Part shown: positions 37,886-52,560 of the stretch, piece by piece | Layout of the letters: each line of letters opens with the position of its first letter | Numbering within the stretch: the stretch's first letter is position 1 | From: Folioceros fuciformis | Lineage: Eukaryota | Length of the DNA: 61,233 nucleotides | Direction of reading: 5' to 3' | Assembly (NCBI GenBank): GCA_049999805.1 | Contig: JBNGIO010006382.1 | Coordinates: 1 to 61,233, forward strand | Program-made: the position numbers and the translations under genes | The notes under the pieces: generated by a model | Database searches by the model: none | Told to the model about the DNA's origin: nothing | The model's input: only the letters and a program-made list of their open reading frames with translations

Positions 37886-38407
37886 CAAGCCAATTACTCG
37901 TTGGTAGCATTCTTATCACGCGTAATACACCTGCGAAGATTAACTTCACACAGTAGAATGGTCAACAACAGTTTCAAGCTCCTGGTTCCTCAACCTCAGA
38001 GTTACCAACATGTCAAATAAGTCCTGAGATATTTAGCTTTGGGACTGATACACAGTATGAGAAGCGTGTAGCTTTGTCTCAAGCAGCAACTTGTTCCTCA
38101 ATGCATTCTCTATCAATTGCTAGAAAACCGACCTCCATGGTCCACCTAAACGTTGGCCCTGTACTGACAAGTCTGCAGCGTAGCTTATCTGTCCACAGAA
38201 CTGAAGAGACTAAAGTGACTCTTCAAAAAACTGATAGGCGGGTTGTTTCGCATTGAAGCATCTGATTCAGTCACTTAAACATGCAGAGGCTAAGTAAAGT
38301 AGCAGCTGCTTGCAATCCTGGACGCCTGCTCAGCTCTGGAAGAATGTCATAATAGAAGAAACTCTAGATTACACAACGGAGCATTCGGCCATCATCCACA
38401 TTTGCCC

Positions 38408-39991
<1,584 letters not shown>

Positions 39992-42273
39992 GGCTGGCTG
40001 CCCAGGCGGTGGCGCGGGTACCCCTCCCACCTCCTGCTGACGAGATCTCGCTTCCCTTCACGTTCAATTCCAGGGCTCAACGACCCCCCGCAGAGGCGAA
40101 GGCGGAGGCGCAGGCGCAGGCGCAGACGCAAGTACAAGCGCGGACACTGCTGCACAGCCAGCAGAACGAGGAATCCATTGCCCGGCCTGGTCAACTCCGA
40201 TGCATCGACCAAAGTCCCAATTGCTCTCTCTCTGTCGGAACTCTCACCGGGCTGCTCTGTTAACACGCGTCTTACCTCTCTTCATTGTTGTCACCAAGGC
40301 ACGTAGATATGTAATTTTAATTTTTCTTCACAGGTTCGATTTTCCTTGTTCATATCATCTACGAGGCTTGCGAGGAGAGCATAGCCGAAGACCAGCGCTA
40401 GGTTTACGGGGAGTACGATACGGCTTTAGGTTGGCGGTTGGTTGGTAGTCTCAGAATTGGTCCTCCTTGGTACTTGGCTCATTGCTGGGTTGGTGGGGTA
40501 GATGAATTTGTTTTTACTTCATAGTTATGTCACTTGAACTTACCTGTCATACTTGTGAATACCAGGTGAGACGTGTGGTCTAATAGATTTTCTCATATAA
40601 TAATTGATTTGTAGTCATACCTTGGATGAAATTGATGAATACTTAATCTAAGTTTTTGATCTACTTAAACCTTTATTTAATGTGTATGAAATAGAATAAT
40701 TTTTGAGGTCAAGTTAAAGATTATTTTTCTCTATTCTTTATGCAATGAAGAATTAAGATTGTTAGCGATATCAATTTTGCATTTATTTTGTATTGCTTGA
40801 GGCAGAAATCCGTAGAAGCTTCATATTACCGATGGCAGAAGAGGTTGATTCCCTTTAAGGTTTGCAAGCTACATTGTCTACATAGTATCACGTGGGCAAC
40901 CAAAGATTTCGAAAACCGAGATTGGACTGCTAAAATCAAACCTCCAAACAATTAGAAGGAAATGTGTTGCCTCACTATAACTTCTATGGCACACTCAAAG
41001 GTGCCCGAGTCAATGACAAACTCTTTAAGATGGACAAGAATGCCCTTGTTAATAATCAGACCCCTCTTATGACCCTACCCTCTTCTCACATTTGGAACAT
41101 AATAGATGTGCCTGCTTCGGTGGTAGGGCACAAAGTAGGTGTACCGATCGGGACATGTACTTTGTGCCCTTATTTTATCTCTCATATTCGGGTCCATCTC
41201 TCTCCACTCACACTCATTCACTTTTTTCAGTTAGGGTTAGGGATTGTGGGTTCAGCATCCTTCGTTCGGACCTGTCTGTTGTGCACATATGTAACCTCCC
41301 TAATCGTCTGAGTTTTCGCCACTTCCATGCAGAACCTACCCAAACCGCGATTACTATGTTCTTCATTTCACACTCACTTATATGCATCTCCATTGGTTAT
41401 GCAACTAATGTGCTTGTGATAAATGCTGACACCTCGAGCCACAACATGAGATAATTCTTGTGCTAACAAAGCTCGTATACACGCCAATTTATGAATACTA
41501 CTGGAGGAAGAATTTCACTTCCAAAGGTAGCTAGAAGACAATTAGACAATTCGTAAATTCATAAATTTCTCAATTAGAGATTTGCACTTGCCATTAATGG
41601 AAAGTGTAAAATATCATTATAAAAGCCCCTAGGTAAAACTTATTTGCCGCGGCAAGCTTATGGGGGTAATGAGCTCAACTCTAGGTCATTAGCGGAAAAC
41701 GAAGTGGATGGTTTTTGCGGATGTAGCCTTGGTGTAAGGAAGCGCGTGGTATGATTGTCCGCCGTGTCATGAGCAGCTGTGACAGCTGGAGGTAAGGATC
41801 ATGTGAGTGGGTTTGAGGCGCATCATGGCCCTGGATGGCGCGATCCGCTTCAACCGAATTATAATTACGTACGAGGCAACAAAGAGCTTGTAAAGCGTTT
41901 TCACGTCGGCTATTCGGTCAGGTGTTTTGCGCGGCCAGATGGTGGCTTTTGGGACGTCGAAAGTAAGCGAAAGGTGGGATCAGTCTCATGAAACAGCACC
42001 ACGAGGCACCTACCTGCTCGCCCCACGTGGTGGCTCACCCCTGGGCTTGAACGATGTGCATCCCGTTTGTCGACTAGTGTCGGGAGAGAACCGGCTTCAC
42101 ACGGCACGCACGCGCTGCCTCGGGGTTGAACGGCTTCTCGGTTCTTGGTCCCATCCGTGGACACCGCCGCACCGGATTCGGTACGCCAGGAGCCTGGCTA
42201 CGGTTGATTCTGCTGAGCTGAGGCTGGTTGATACCAGCTGCGGCGATGATGTACGTGTGATGAAGGGAAAGGA

Positions 42274-42373
42274 NNNNNNNNNNNNNNNNNNNNNNNNNNN
42301 NNNNNNNNNNNNNNNNNNNNNNNNNNNNNNNNNNNNNNNNNNNNNNNNNNNNNNNNNNNNNNNNNNNNNNNNN
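42274..42373. other. Assembly gap (100 N)
   Basis: Run of N. Confidence 1.
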
Positions 42374-42747
42374 CTGTAATGTTGAAGATGATGACGAGGT
42401 TTGTTGTAGGCAGAGGGGAGTTTGCCGCCTCTTGATTTTGCGCTGCGTGAAGCGAAAGAAAATTTCTTGTTTACTCGAGGTGCGTCGCGGAGGGCTGAAG
42501 AAGGTGGTGCCGAATGCGTGCTGGACGTGGATATGTACCGGTGACGGCTGTCTTTGGAGGAATGGGAGGGCTGAGATTATGGCCGCTTGCTTTGGACCCA
42601 CGGAGGGGCGGGAATTCTGGCTCCTTCTTTGTTTTGATGGAGTTCTTGTGGAACAAGACGCAAGAAGTATAATTCATCACGTTTGATTGAAGAGCTCGGC
42701 GAGCGAGAATTGAGTGCAGCTTTGAATCTCTCTTTGCCGCTTCAAAA

Positions 42748-44793
42748 ATGGCGGCTAGCGTCTTGATCAGACGGCAGATGGTCCGGGCAGCATCCTTCAT
42801 GTTGTTGATGGTGCTGGGAGCAGTTTTGTACCCGATTCTGGGTTGGAATAGTGACAAGAGTAGCGGCTCCACCCTAGGCCTGGGGAGGTGGCCACTCATC
42901 TCCTTCACTTCTTTTCAAACCGATTCGGCTGTTCTTTCTGCGGAGTCCACTGCACCTCCACAAGAAAGACCGACGGATTCGCTCATTGTTGCTAAGCATG
43001 CTGCAGCGGAAGAGTGGTTTGCAGCTCCCAGCCCGTCAGCCAGTTTGCTTCATCGGGATGCCATGGCAAAGGCGACGTCAGCAGTCGACGAGCTGTCGAT
43101 GGAGGTCTCAAAATTTGCGAGTCTTCCCGCGGTCTTGGAAGAAGAGGTGGCGGATCATAATGGTGTCCACAGCTTCGTCCAAGAAGCCAATGACAGAGGC
43201 GTCGATGAGTTCGCCTACCGGCCTGGAGAAGATACGACAAGTGGCAGAGATAATGCTACTCAGATGGTAACGTCCTATCCTAGGGAAGCTGACACCAAGG
43301 GTGAAGACGCTGTGGAGTCGCAAAATGAAGGTGGAGTGGTCGAGATTGGAGCTTCATCGGATAGAATGAAGGTCGACAGAGAAGCCACGGCCTTGCAAAC
43401 GGGAAGACCTGGGAGGGCGGACAACGTTGTCTCTTACGACCAACCCTTGACAACGGAAGCAGACGTCCTCGGGGGTGTCGACAAGATTCCCTCTTTGGAA
43501 CAAGTAGGAAAGGTTGAGGAGCAACAACACTTGAGGTTGTCGGCCAGTTCGAATACGAGTAACCAGGATCAGACACAAACTACGGCGACTTCTGCCGACA
43601 AGTTGCCTGATTGGCGCAGCGTAGCTGATAACCAACTCAGGGAAGCAAAACTGGCGATAGAAGATCCCTCTTACTGTGTGGAAGGAAGTTATCCGCTCTA
43701 CCGGCCTGTGTACCACAACGTCACCTTTTTCAAGAAGAGTTACGAGCTCATGGAAAAGACCTTCAAGATCTTCGTGTATAAGGAAGGTGCAAGACCGCTA
43801 GTGCACACGGGACCTCTCACAGGCATCTACGCCTCGGAGGGCCAGTTCATTGACAGGGTAACTAGGGGCAGCAAATTTGTAACCAAGAATCCAGTGAAGG
43901 CTCACATGTACTTCTTGCCTTACAGTGTGGCACAGATGGTAACCCATCCTAAGATGTGTATAAGAGACAGCATGCGGCCCTTGGCAACCTTCATCAAGGA
44001 CTATGTGGACGACCTCGCAGTGAAGTATCCCTACTGGAATCTGACAGAAGGACGAGACCATTTCTTCGTAGCATGCCACGACTGGGGCCCCGCAACTGCC
44101 AGGGATCATCCAACTCTACGGCACAACGCGGTCAAAGCGGTGTGCAATGCAGACTTGACAGAAGAGTTCTTGCCCTACAAAGACGTTTCGTTACCGGAAG
44201 TCTACATTCACAAGCGCAGGAAGGGATCCGATCCCAAGCTTGGAGGCAACAGGCCTAGTCACCGTCCTTATCTCGCATTTTTCGCGGGTCAGATGCATGG
44301 CAGAGTTCGCCCTGTTCTCCTGGAGCATTGGAAGGACAAGGATCCAGACATGAGGATATACGAGGTTCTTCCCCGCGCCGTTGCCAAGAAGGTATCGTAT
44401 GTTCAGCACATGAAGTCCAGCAAATTTTGTATTTGCGCCATGGGATACGAGGTGAACAGCCCGCGTCTTGTGGAGGCCATCTCTTATGACTGCGTGCCAG
44501 TTATTATAGCGGACAACTTTTCGCTTCCGTTCGCTGATGTTCTGGACTGGAGTTCCTTCTCCATCACGGTGGATGAAGAGGACATTCCCAACCTCAAGCA
44601 GATTCTGCTGGAAGTCACAGACTTGCAGTACAGAACTTTTCAAAGCCGGCTCCAGCATGTCAGGCAACACTTCATGTGGCACCCCAAGTCTCCTCAGCGA
44701 TTTGATGCCTTTCATATGGTCCTGCACTCCGTATGGATGCGGAAATTGCGGCAGATTGAGGTTGAACGGCCTCAACACGTTTCTACCACTTAA
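42748..44793 (+). CDS. Exostosin-family glycosyltransferase GT47, single exon, type II membrane
   Basis: N-terminal TM helix, SYELMEK.FKIFVY.EG, GIYASEG.F, DHFFVACHDW, FFAGQMHG and SKFCIC..GYEVNSPR.VEAI...CVPVII. Confidence 0.95.
   Translation: MAASVLIRRQMVRAASFMLLMVLGAVLYPILGWNSDKSSGSTLGLGRWPLISFTSFQTDSAVLSAESTAPPQERPTDSLIVAKHAAAEEWFAAPSPSASLLHRDAMAKATSAVDELSMEVSKFASLPAVLEEEVADHNGVHSFVQEANDRGVDEFAYRPGEDTTSGRDNATQMVTSYPREADTKGEDAVESQNEGGVVEIGASSDRMKVDREATALQTGRPGRADNVVSYDQPLTTEADVLGGVDKIPSLEQVGKVEEQQHLRLSASSNTSNQDQTQTTATSADKLPDWRSVADNQLREAKLAIEDPSYCVEGSYPLYRPVYHNVTFFKKSYELMEKTFKIFVYKEGARPLVHTGPLTGIYASEGQFIDRVTRGSKFVTKNPVKAHMYFLPYSVAQMVTHPKMCIRDSMRPLATFIKDYVDDLAVKYPYWNLTEGRDHFFVACHDWGPATARDHPTLRHNAVKAVCNADLTEEFLPYKDVSLPEVYIHKRRKGSDPKLGGNRPSHRPYLAFFAGQMHGRVRPVLLEHWKDKDPDMRIYEVLPRAVAKKVSYVQHMKSSKFCICAMGYEVNSPRLVEAISYDCVPVIIADNFSLPFADVLDWSSFSITVDEEDIPNLKQILLEVTDLQYRTFQSRLQHVRQHFMWHPKSPQRFDAFHMVLHSVWMRKLRQIEVERPQHVSTT
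43952..43970 (+). other. Tn5 mosaic end / Nextera adapter (probable assembly contaminant)
   Basis: Exact AGATGTGTATAAGAGACAG, translated as (K)MCIRDS. Confidence 0.93.
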
Positions 44794-45032
44794 GGATTTA
44801 GATTTTATTTCTTTACTTTTATGAGAAGTTATACATATTATTGAAAAAAAGACGCAAAATTCTCTCGCGGTTTTCAATACCCCAAAGATGAACCAGCCGA
44901 AGAGGGTCATAGATTATCGTGTGCTGGATCCAATCCTGCCTTTGTTGTGGTGGACTTACTAATGCCGTTGCCTGCCGAACCTTCACGAAGCAGTCTTGAT
45001 GTAAGGAACACGGATACATAGTCATTCCATGT

Positions 45033-47624
45033 TTAAAGGCCTTCTCTAACAGGGACTGGGATAACACGCCGAGGTTTCTTCACGAGAGTCGAGTTCATGC
45101 CCATGCCCTCGGGTTCCGCTGCAAGGTTCGCTTCTGGGTCACATTCTGGGTTGATTTGGGTTTTTTGTTCAGAAAGTTGGGCCACAATTTCAGGACCCTG
45201 GTTGCCAACAGGAGGCCGTTGCTCGTTCAATAAGGGATCAGGTTCAGCGACGGTCTCAGTGGGCTTGGCCTCCTGGGGGGACTCAACGGCGACAGACGCT
45301 TGGATGGGGCTTGATAACTCACCCAGCGTGCCTGCAAGCTTGCCCCGTCTTGCTTCAGGAAGGTAGCTTGCAACATTGGCCGGGACCGCTGTGGCCAACA
45401 GAAACCATTGTGCTTGTCAGTTCCAACTTCTGGATTGATGCTACTGCCAAAAGATGATGGAACAAACCAATGCGTCAAGCATCCTCGCACCAGTCGTACC
45501 AGTAAGAGGCATGGGGTCTCCTAGTTCGCCTTCGTCGAAGCGTAGTAATGTACAGTAGCCATCTTGAGAAGAAGCAGCCAAGAATTTGGCATTTGTTGAC
45601 CTGCCAAAAAAGGATGAATCTCACGCCATTCCACAGCACTAGCTCCAAGCGCAGGCCAAAATGAGCGACAGTGCCATACCACGCAAGATCTGTCATGGCA
45701 GAGTAATGAAGCGCTGCAAAGACTAGCACAGGGCTGTCACTTTGCGTGTCGTATATGTACAAAGAGTTAAGTGTTGCCACAGCAAATACCATCCGATATG
45801 GCAATCTGAAAACTCCATCGTCTGGAGAAATGTCAGTCAGTGTGGTCGTTGGATGGAAAGGGCTGGGGAGAAAAACAAAGAACAGCTAAGATAGCTACCT
45901 GCTTCTGGCGACGTTCCTGCTGCTTCTGCATTGGAGCGCAGTGTGAAGATTACGGGACAAAAACGAATAGCAACTACAGCTTTCTTCCCGCATGGGAGCT
46001 GTAGACAAGGCCTGCAACAAAATTAGTTACGTTCCACCATCCAGAAAACGTATTCCAGCACAGAAACAATTTAACGATCTTCCATGCAAGGCTTAGGTAC
46101 ATACCTTGAGAGATCCTTTCTGGAGACAACACAAGTTGTGTTGAAAGGTCCAGCATCTGCAGTCGGCTTATACAATCCTGATAGGAGATGGGAGTCAAGA
46201 GCGACGATGCCCACATGCACGAAACATAAAAATATTGAATGGCGAAGTTTTGCTAAAGCATTTAGAAGCTAGTCACCTGCAGGTATTAGCAGAAAGGAGC
46301 CATCAGGAGACCATGCTAACCTTCGGAAGAAGGTTGGTAAATTTTCATCATGAAACAAATGCTGTTTTGAGCTGGAAGCCTGTCAGCAGGAATCCAAAAA
46401 GTGAAGGGGTCAGTTGACGCGAATCTGCTGTTGTAGACCGTAAATAACGTTCGGGCACAAACCGTTTTTGTACCTTGGATATCAGCGTCGTCCACCTGCA
46501 TAGGAACATCCTCCGACGTCCTTACACTCACTTTAGCCAGAACATGCTGGCATACAAATCTCGGCAGCCCGTCCTTGGCACTCTTGTCCTGAGCTTTACT
46601 GCTGCACTTCGCTGCTCGAGCCGAGTAGATGCGGCAAGTCCTGTCGCCACTGACAGTGGCAACAAATTGACCAGTAGGGTCCCAGGCAACACCCTGAACA
46701 TAATGCAAGTGGTCTTTGAGCACCTGCAGAGGAGCACCTGACAAACAACAGAACCAGTGAGAGCAAAGATGGGCAAAAACTCAGCATGCCGCACTTGAAA
46801 CCTTGACAGGGACATCATATACCTTACCTTTAGCCACATTCCATATGATGCAGCTGTTGTCCACCGAGCCCGAAACGAGGAACGTGCTATCAGGAGACCA
46901 ATCCAAGTCTAGCACATCCTTGGGATGGAAACTGAAAGTGCAGCACCAGCCGTATGGCACACAGTCTGTGAGTCCTCCCTCACCCTGTTGCAACTAACCA
47001 ACGTACCCCGTCCCAGCTACCAACCTGAGTGGCTTCAGGATCTTCCAGGTAGCAACCCCCTCCGCATTGACAGCACGCTTCCACACTGCCAACTGACCCC
47101 CTGAAGAGCAACAAAGCTTCAGCCAACGAAAGCCCTGGCAGCCGGGAAGGGTACAGACCAGACCAGGTGCTCACTTACCGTCGGCACCAGACGCAAGCAG
47201 CTCCCCTGCACAACACAAGCCGAGAGAGAAAAACGTATCGAGACGAGTGAATAGGACTTCTTCTCAGCATTGGCCCACTCTGAATTCAGACACGGGATTG
47301 CGCACCAGATGGGGAGAATCGGATTACGTTCACCGCAGTCGTATGAAAGGCCAGGTTCGCCTGGAACGACACCGTTGGCGAGCCCTTCCCTTCCTCTTTC
47401 AGTAGGACGGCCCAGAGCTGTAGAGTCGCGATTTCCACAACGCTGTCAGGAGCAAGTCTCCCGTTTGTGGAGACAAGTTGCCATGGTAGCCGACGAAGAA
47501 GCTCGCTCACCTTGATGTCGTGGTCGGCCCCAGCCGTGGCGAGAAGCCCTGTTTCGGAGTCGAAGTCCAGGGACAGCACGGGCAGCGCGTCGTGCCACAC
47601 GATCTGCAGCGTTCCTCCCTTCAT
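45033..47624 (-). CDS. FAS2: Chromatin assembly factor-1 p60 WD40 subunit, multi-exon
   Basis: [78 protein letters not shown] and C-terminal RRVIP (B-domain-like). Confidence 0.93.
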
Positions 47625-47912
47625 CGCGCATTCGTCGTCTTCCCCGACGGCACTCAAGGCGCAAACGAGGCGGACAACAGCCCAGCCCTGTTTACCGCCA
47701 AAAATCAAACATGGCGTTTCCTTCGTGTTTCACAAGGTTCACAAACGTCTACACTACAGGTCTTTACCTACAAACGCCTGCTTGGTAGATTGATGGAATA
47801 GGAGGAAAAAGAATCCAGAAATACATAGAGCTATGCAGCTCATCAAGTTCCAACGCGACAAAAACGTTGCAAACGCTGCCTTGTTTGGACGAAGGAACTG
47901 GCTGGGCAGCCA

Positions 47913-50900
47913 CTAGAGGAACCTGAGGGGTTTGACCTTGCGGGCGAAGGACGTGGGATCTTGGTTCCATTCTCTGACCGAGTTCCGGCCATCCAGGTCG
48001 TCTGCTAGCCGCAAGGCTTGCCGTTGGAGAAGCATGATGACGAACCTCTGGGCTGTGGTTGTTACCCCCGGGAGCAGGTCCCTCAGCAAAGGCATGGCAT
48101 GCTGTGCCACGCCCACCATGTCTGGAGAAGGGTCATGGTCAGTCAGGATTGCTTGCGTACGACTTTCCAGGTTGTAGGTGGTTGGGGGAGATGGAAGATT
48201 ACCGGGAGGACATCTTACCTGTAGAGCTTGTGAGGTTGAGTTGTGGCTCCAGGAGGGACCAGAGCCTGCGTACTGTGTCCAGTGACCTCTGATCCTCGTC
48301 CGACAAACTGGCTACACGATTGAATGCAAGAGGCCACGAGCCTGGAGCCAAGCGTCCTGAGGGAACAGGCAGTCTTAGTCTTGACGCTAGATATTGCCAG
48401 AGTGCTGCCACTGCTTCTCGAGATAAGGCGTCCACCGATCTCACAAGCTTCAAATGACCAGGTGCGTGTTAGAAAGTTTGAAGCGGATGATGCAGTGGAG
48501 TTGGTCTTGGGGACCGTAGAAGTGCTGGAACTTTACCTCGGTGAGAAGAAGTTCTTGTATGTAGCTTCCTTTTGGATCGAAGATGAGCAGAAGTGCTTGT
48601 TTGGTTGTAGGGTCTAAGGGAGTGCTGCGTCTTAGGGAATCAGAAGGATTCCAAGGGGCCATTGACTCACGAAAAGTCTGAAAGCCGTGGGCAATGTCCT
48701 CAACTCTTTGCACGTCCAGTTGATCCTTACCGCTGTAGAGGAAATATTTGAGAGCTTCACGTGCCCTTGGACTGCCAGCAAGGCCATCTTATAAGAGAAG
48801 GATGTACACAATGCGTTCATCAACACAGTCACGACAACCAGACCCTGTATCAGGTACCTGTCATCTGTTATCAGCCTCTTTGATATGTACGGGTAGCATT
48901 CCTCGACTATCGTGTAATCTGGGTCAGCTTCTAGTCCAATGCCCTCGAGGACAGAAAATGCCCTTAATATAAGTGCAAAGTATGGTGGAATGACGAACAC
49001 ATAGTCTTCGGATATCTTCGCAAGATCAACCACAACCTGCCAAGGTCGAGCTTGGAGTTAAGCCTCTCACTCAGCCCGTGCACGTCCTTATGTCATGTCA
49101 GAGCTTCTCGCCTGTACCAATTCAAAGGAAGAGTTTCACGTACCTGTGCAAAATTCACTTTACGAGCTCCTCCACCTTGAACGAGTTGAGTAAGTACTCT
49201 ACTTAGTTGGGGGACAACCGCAAGAGTCTTCGCAGGGTCGACGAGCTCAGGAGGCACAAAGCCTAGCTTGACCAAGTCTTCTGCCACTTTAGCGAAGTCG
49301 TTGTTGACTAGATGAGCTATATAGTCAATCAGGGTGTACCGTTGCTCCTCAGTGATCTGAACACAAGTGACACTACAATTAAAAAAACAAAAGAGATAGT
49401 TGAAAAGAGACCCTCCTTGTTGATGCCCAAGTGCCTGGAGTCCGGTGCAGCAGACTCAAAAGGGCGAGCACCAGACTCCACTTTGAAAGGTCTAGGTACT
49501 AGCTCAGCTGGGATGAAAGAACTCACTTCTGTCATTAAACCAAAATCAAGGACACAGAGGCGACCATCCGGTGTCCTCAACAGATTGCCAGGATGCGGGT
49601 CTGCATGGAGAAAGCCACTCTCCAGCAGCTGGATTAGATAGCAATTCAAGGCAACTGTCACAAGAGGAAGTAGATCTGCTGCTTTGCTCTCTGACAGCTT
49701 CTCCCCTTGTACCCACGCAGACGTCAGTACCTGCGGGCAGCAGACAAATATTTGTTGGGCTCTATCAAATGACGATGAAACTGCAACAATTGCAGTGTTA
49801 GCATGAAGAAAAAAAACTTACGATACCTTCCGAGATGTGTACGGCAGGTAAGCATATGGCACTGTAACATTAGACAGTTCTTTCATATCCTCTGCAAAAC
49901 GTAGGGCATTCTTGGCCTGAAACAAAGTTTTAACATTACAACAAACTTTATGACATCATGCGAATGGATTTATGACAACTCTGGATGCCAGTCCTCGTAT
50001 ACCTCTTGCACATAGTCAAGCTCATCAAAGAACCGTATTGCCCATGTATCAAGTAGGCCAACAAGATCAGATTGAACTATGGGCAGTTTCTGGAGCATGA
50101 AGGAAGTACTCCTTAAAATGAAGAGGTCTTTAGATATTCCTTCAAGAACTCCTGGTCTCTGAACCTTAACTGCCACTGGTTGCCCAGTTTCCTTGAGACG
50201 GGCTTTGTAGACCTGCAAACGGAGAGAAGGGGGCAGTCACTCGTAAGGAAACATCACGTAACATCACGTATTTGCATCAGCAAATAATTTGACTTTGCAG
50301 ACGCAGATCTCTCTGTTACCTGTCCCAAAGAAGCTGCAGCTATGGGTTCCACAGACATGTCCTGAAAGATGTCTTCAGCAGGTTTTCCAAGACCCTCCTG
50401 AATAATGCGTTTGGCTTCATCATTCGGAAAAGGTGGCACCCTGTCTTGAAGTTTCTGCAGCTCCTCTAGATACACAACTGGCACAATATCTGGCCGTATG
50501 CTTAGGGATTGCCCTATCTGCAGGTCACATCAATCTGAATCAGCCTTCAGCTCCCTGCTGTAAATGCGGGAATACTGAAATCCGCCAAATGAATTTGAAG
50601 TGACAGACACACAAAACGAACAGCGTCAGTTTATCCAACCTTAATGGCTGTAGGGCCGAGCCTGGCTATTAAGCTCACAAGTTGTGTAGCTCTCAAGCGT
50701 TCATTGTCCCGGGCCTTGCCCGTCGCAAAGTCAAGGAGTATGCTAGCAGCTAGTGCCGAACTCTGAACGGCTATTTTTGTAGCACGCCACATTACATCGG
50801 TTGGTCTCCGCCGAAAGTAGGCACGAATTGCTTGAGAATCGTACCGCAGAGGCAAGTCTTTGCCCTCAACAAAAGCTCTGTAACCAGATGCGGAAGAAAC

Positions 50901-51953
50901 ACCCACGAAAACGGTGCCCGCAGTGGCGAAAAGCAAAGCAGTGGCTGCGGGGTACGATGCAACAGGGTAGGATCCCACCATTGCTGTTGCAATATCCCCC
51001 ACAACGCTTCTTGCGGAAACTCCTATCTGATCAGCTGATGCCTGAACGGACGACAGGTCAAAGTGAACCAACCCATTCGCCAGACTTGCGCCTAGATCCG
51101 ACGTCAATACCTCCGTTTGATGCAACACTTTCACTGCGGAGAGAGCAAGCCGCTCCAAGCCAAGGGACTCCTCAACAGAAGATCTGAAAGCGCTGCCGAT
51201 GCTCTTCGCACCTTCTAGAAAACTGTCAGGGGACTGTGCAAAGAGCTGCGCACCGCCCAAACCGTCAGGCGCGGGCAGATTTTGCCATATGCTGGCAGCT
51301 CGCTCCAAAATTCCTGCATTCGACTGCCCAACCTGATCCAAGCTTTGCTGCAGAACAGGTTCGGCTTTATCCACTGCGGTAGCTCCAAGGCTACTAAAAG
51401 CATCCTGAATTTGATCCATGGAAAGCCCAACAGCCTTGCCATCTTCGACCGGATAAGCTGAGACCTGACCCAAGGCTGATTGAACGCTGTCCAACGACTC
51501 GATTACCTTCTCAGAAACCTGCCCCGGCAACTGCTCGCTCCCCAATTCACCAACAACAGCCTTCAAGGAAGCTTCCGTCCTTCCTGACAACCACTGCGCG
51601 GCAGATTGGTTCGGACCCGACTGCACAGCGAGCTCCTGAAGCTCTGAGACGGCACTCCACGCAACAGTTGCAACCCTGTCTGCGCATTCAGCCACGCTCT
51701 GCCCTAATTCAGCATCACCGGTGCCGGAGAACTCAGAAAGGCAGCTCCTTGGCCTGCACTTCCTCCACCTTCTCCTCAATCCCCTAATGGAACCTAGCGA
51801 CGTTCCTGCCCGAAATTGCGGACTCCACTTCAGACTCAGACTAGATGGACCATTCAGGCCCTCAAATCGGAGGCCAACCTCCTCCCACGGAACTACACAT
51901 CGCAATCCCGAAGTCGCGACACCACGCCCGGAGTGCAACCCAATCGTCGCCAT
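47913..51953 (-). CDS. ABC1/UbiB atypical kinase (ABC1K), probably plastid, multi-exon
   Basis: LGPTAIK.GQ.LSIRPD, PIAAASLGQVYKA, VAVKVQRP, ELDY, HADPHPGN, LDFGL and IPPYFALILRA. Confidence 0.92.
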
Positions 51954-52560
51954 CTCGGCCTTGACACTCCAGACACATCCAGAGTCTGAATTGTCACTGC
52001 AGTCACATCCAGACTTCTGAATTCTCACAACCTCCAGCACACGCACCGCAACCAATTTCTCTCCTGTGCACGGGAATAGCACCCACAATCTCCAGACGCC
52101 CGACAATTCTGAAGGGAGGCGACACCTGCCTGCCACGGCAAGCGACCGGCCGGCTCCCTAGACTCCGCCGTCATACTTGACCTCAATGTCCGCCGCCCAT
52201 CAGCTCCAAGTGGCAGAATCTACACGTGGTAGCCCGACCCACAAGAAATCTTTGTCAAACGCTCGCAGCCTGCCTAAGGAGAACGGAGTGCCCTGCACAG
52301 TTCAATTTTCCCGCACACAGGACCAGCGTCAGCATCCTATTTAACCTCCTTCCTGCAACCCAACGCTCACCGTGCCCGGCCCCACAGTTGCAGGTCTCAC
52401 GCAGCTTCCCCAATGAGGGCCCAGACGAGGCCACGACTTGGCAAGTCCTTTCGAGGCATCGGTTAGGTGGGAAACATTTACTGTACATTCCTTCAATCCT
52501 CGTCACAAAAAACGTATGTACATCTGTACAACGAAGGCCCGGGAGTCTGTTCTCTGTCAA

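Noticed and set aside
40090-40132. GGCGCA-type hexamer repeat and its ORFs (AQAQ/LRLR)
   Set aside because: Simple microsatellite upstream of the ARF gene; the ORFs are low-complexity.
41231-41242. TTAGGG x2 as an interstitial telomere
   Set aside because: Only two units, which is expected by chance or as a telo-box.
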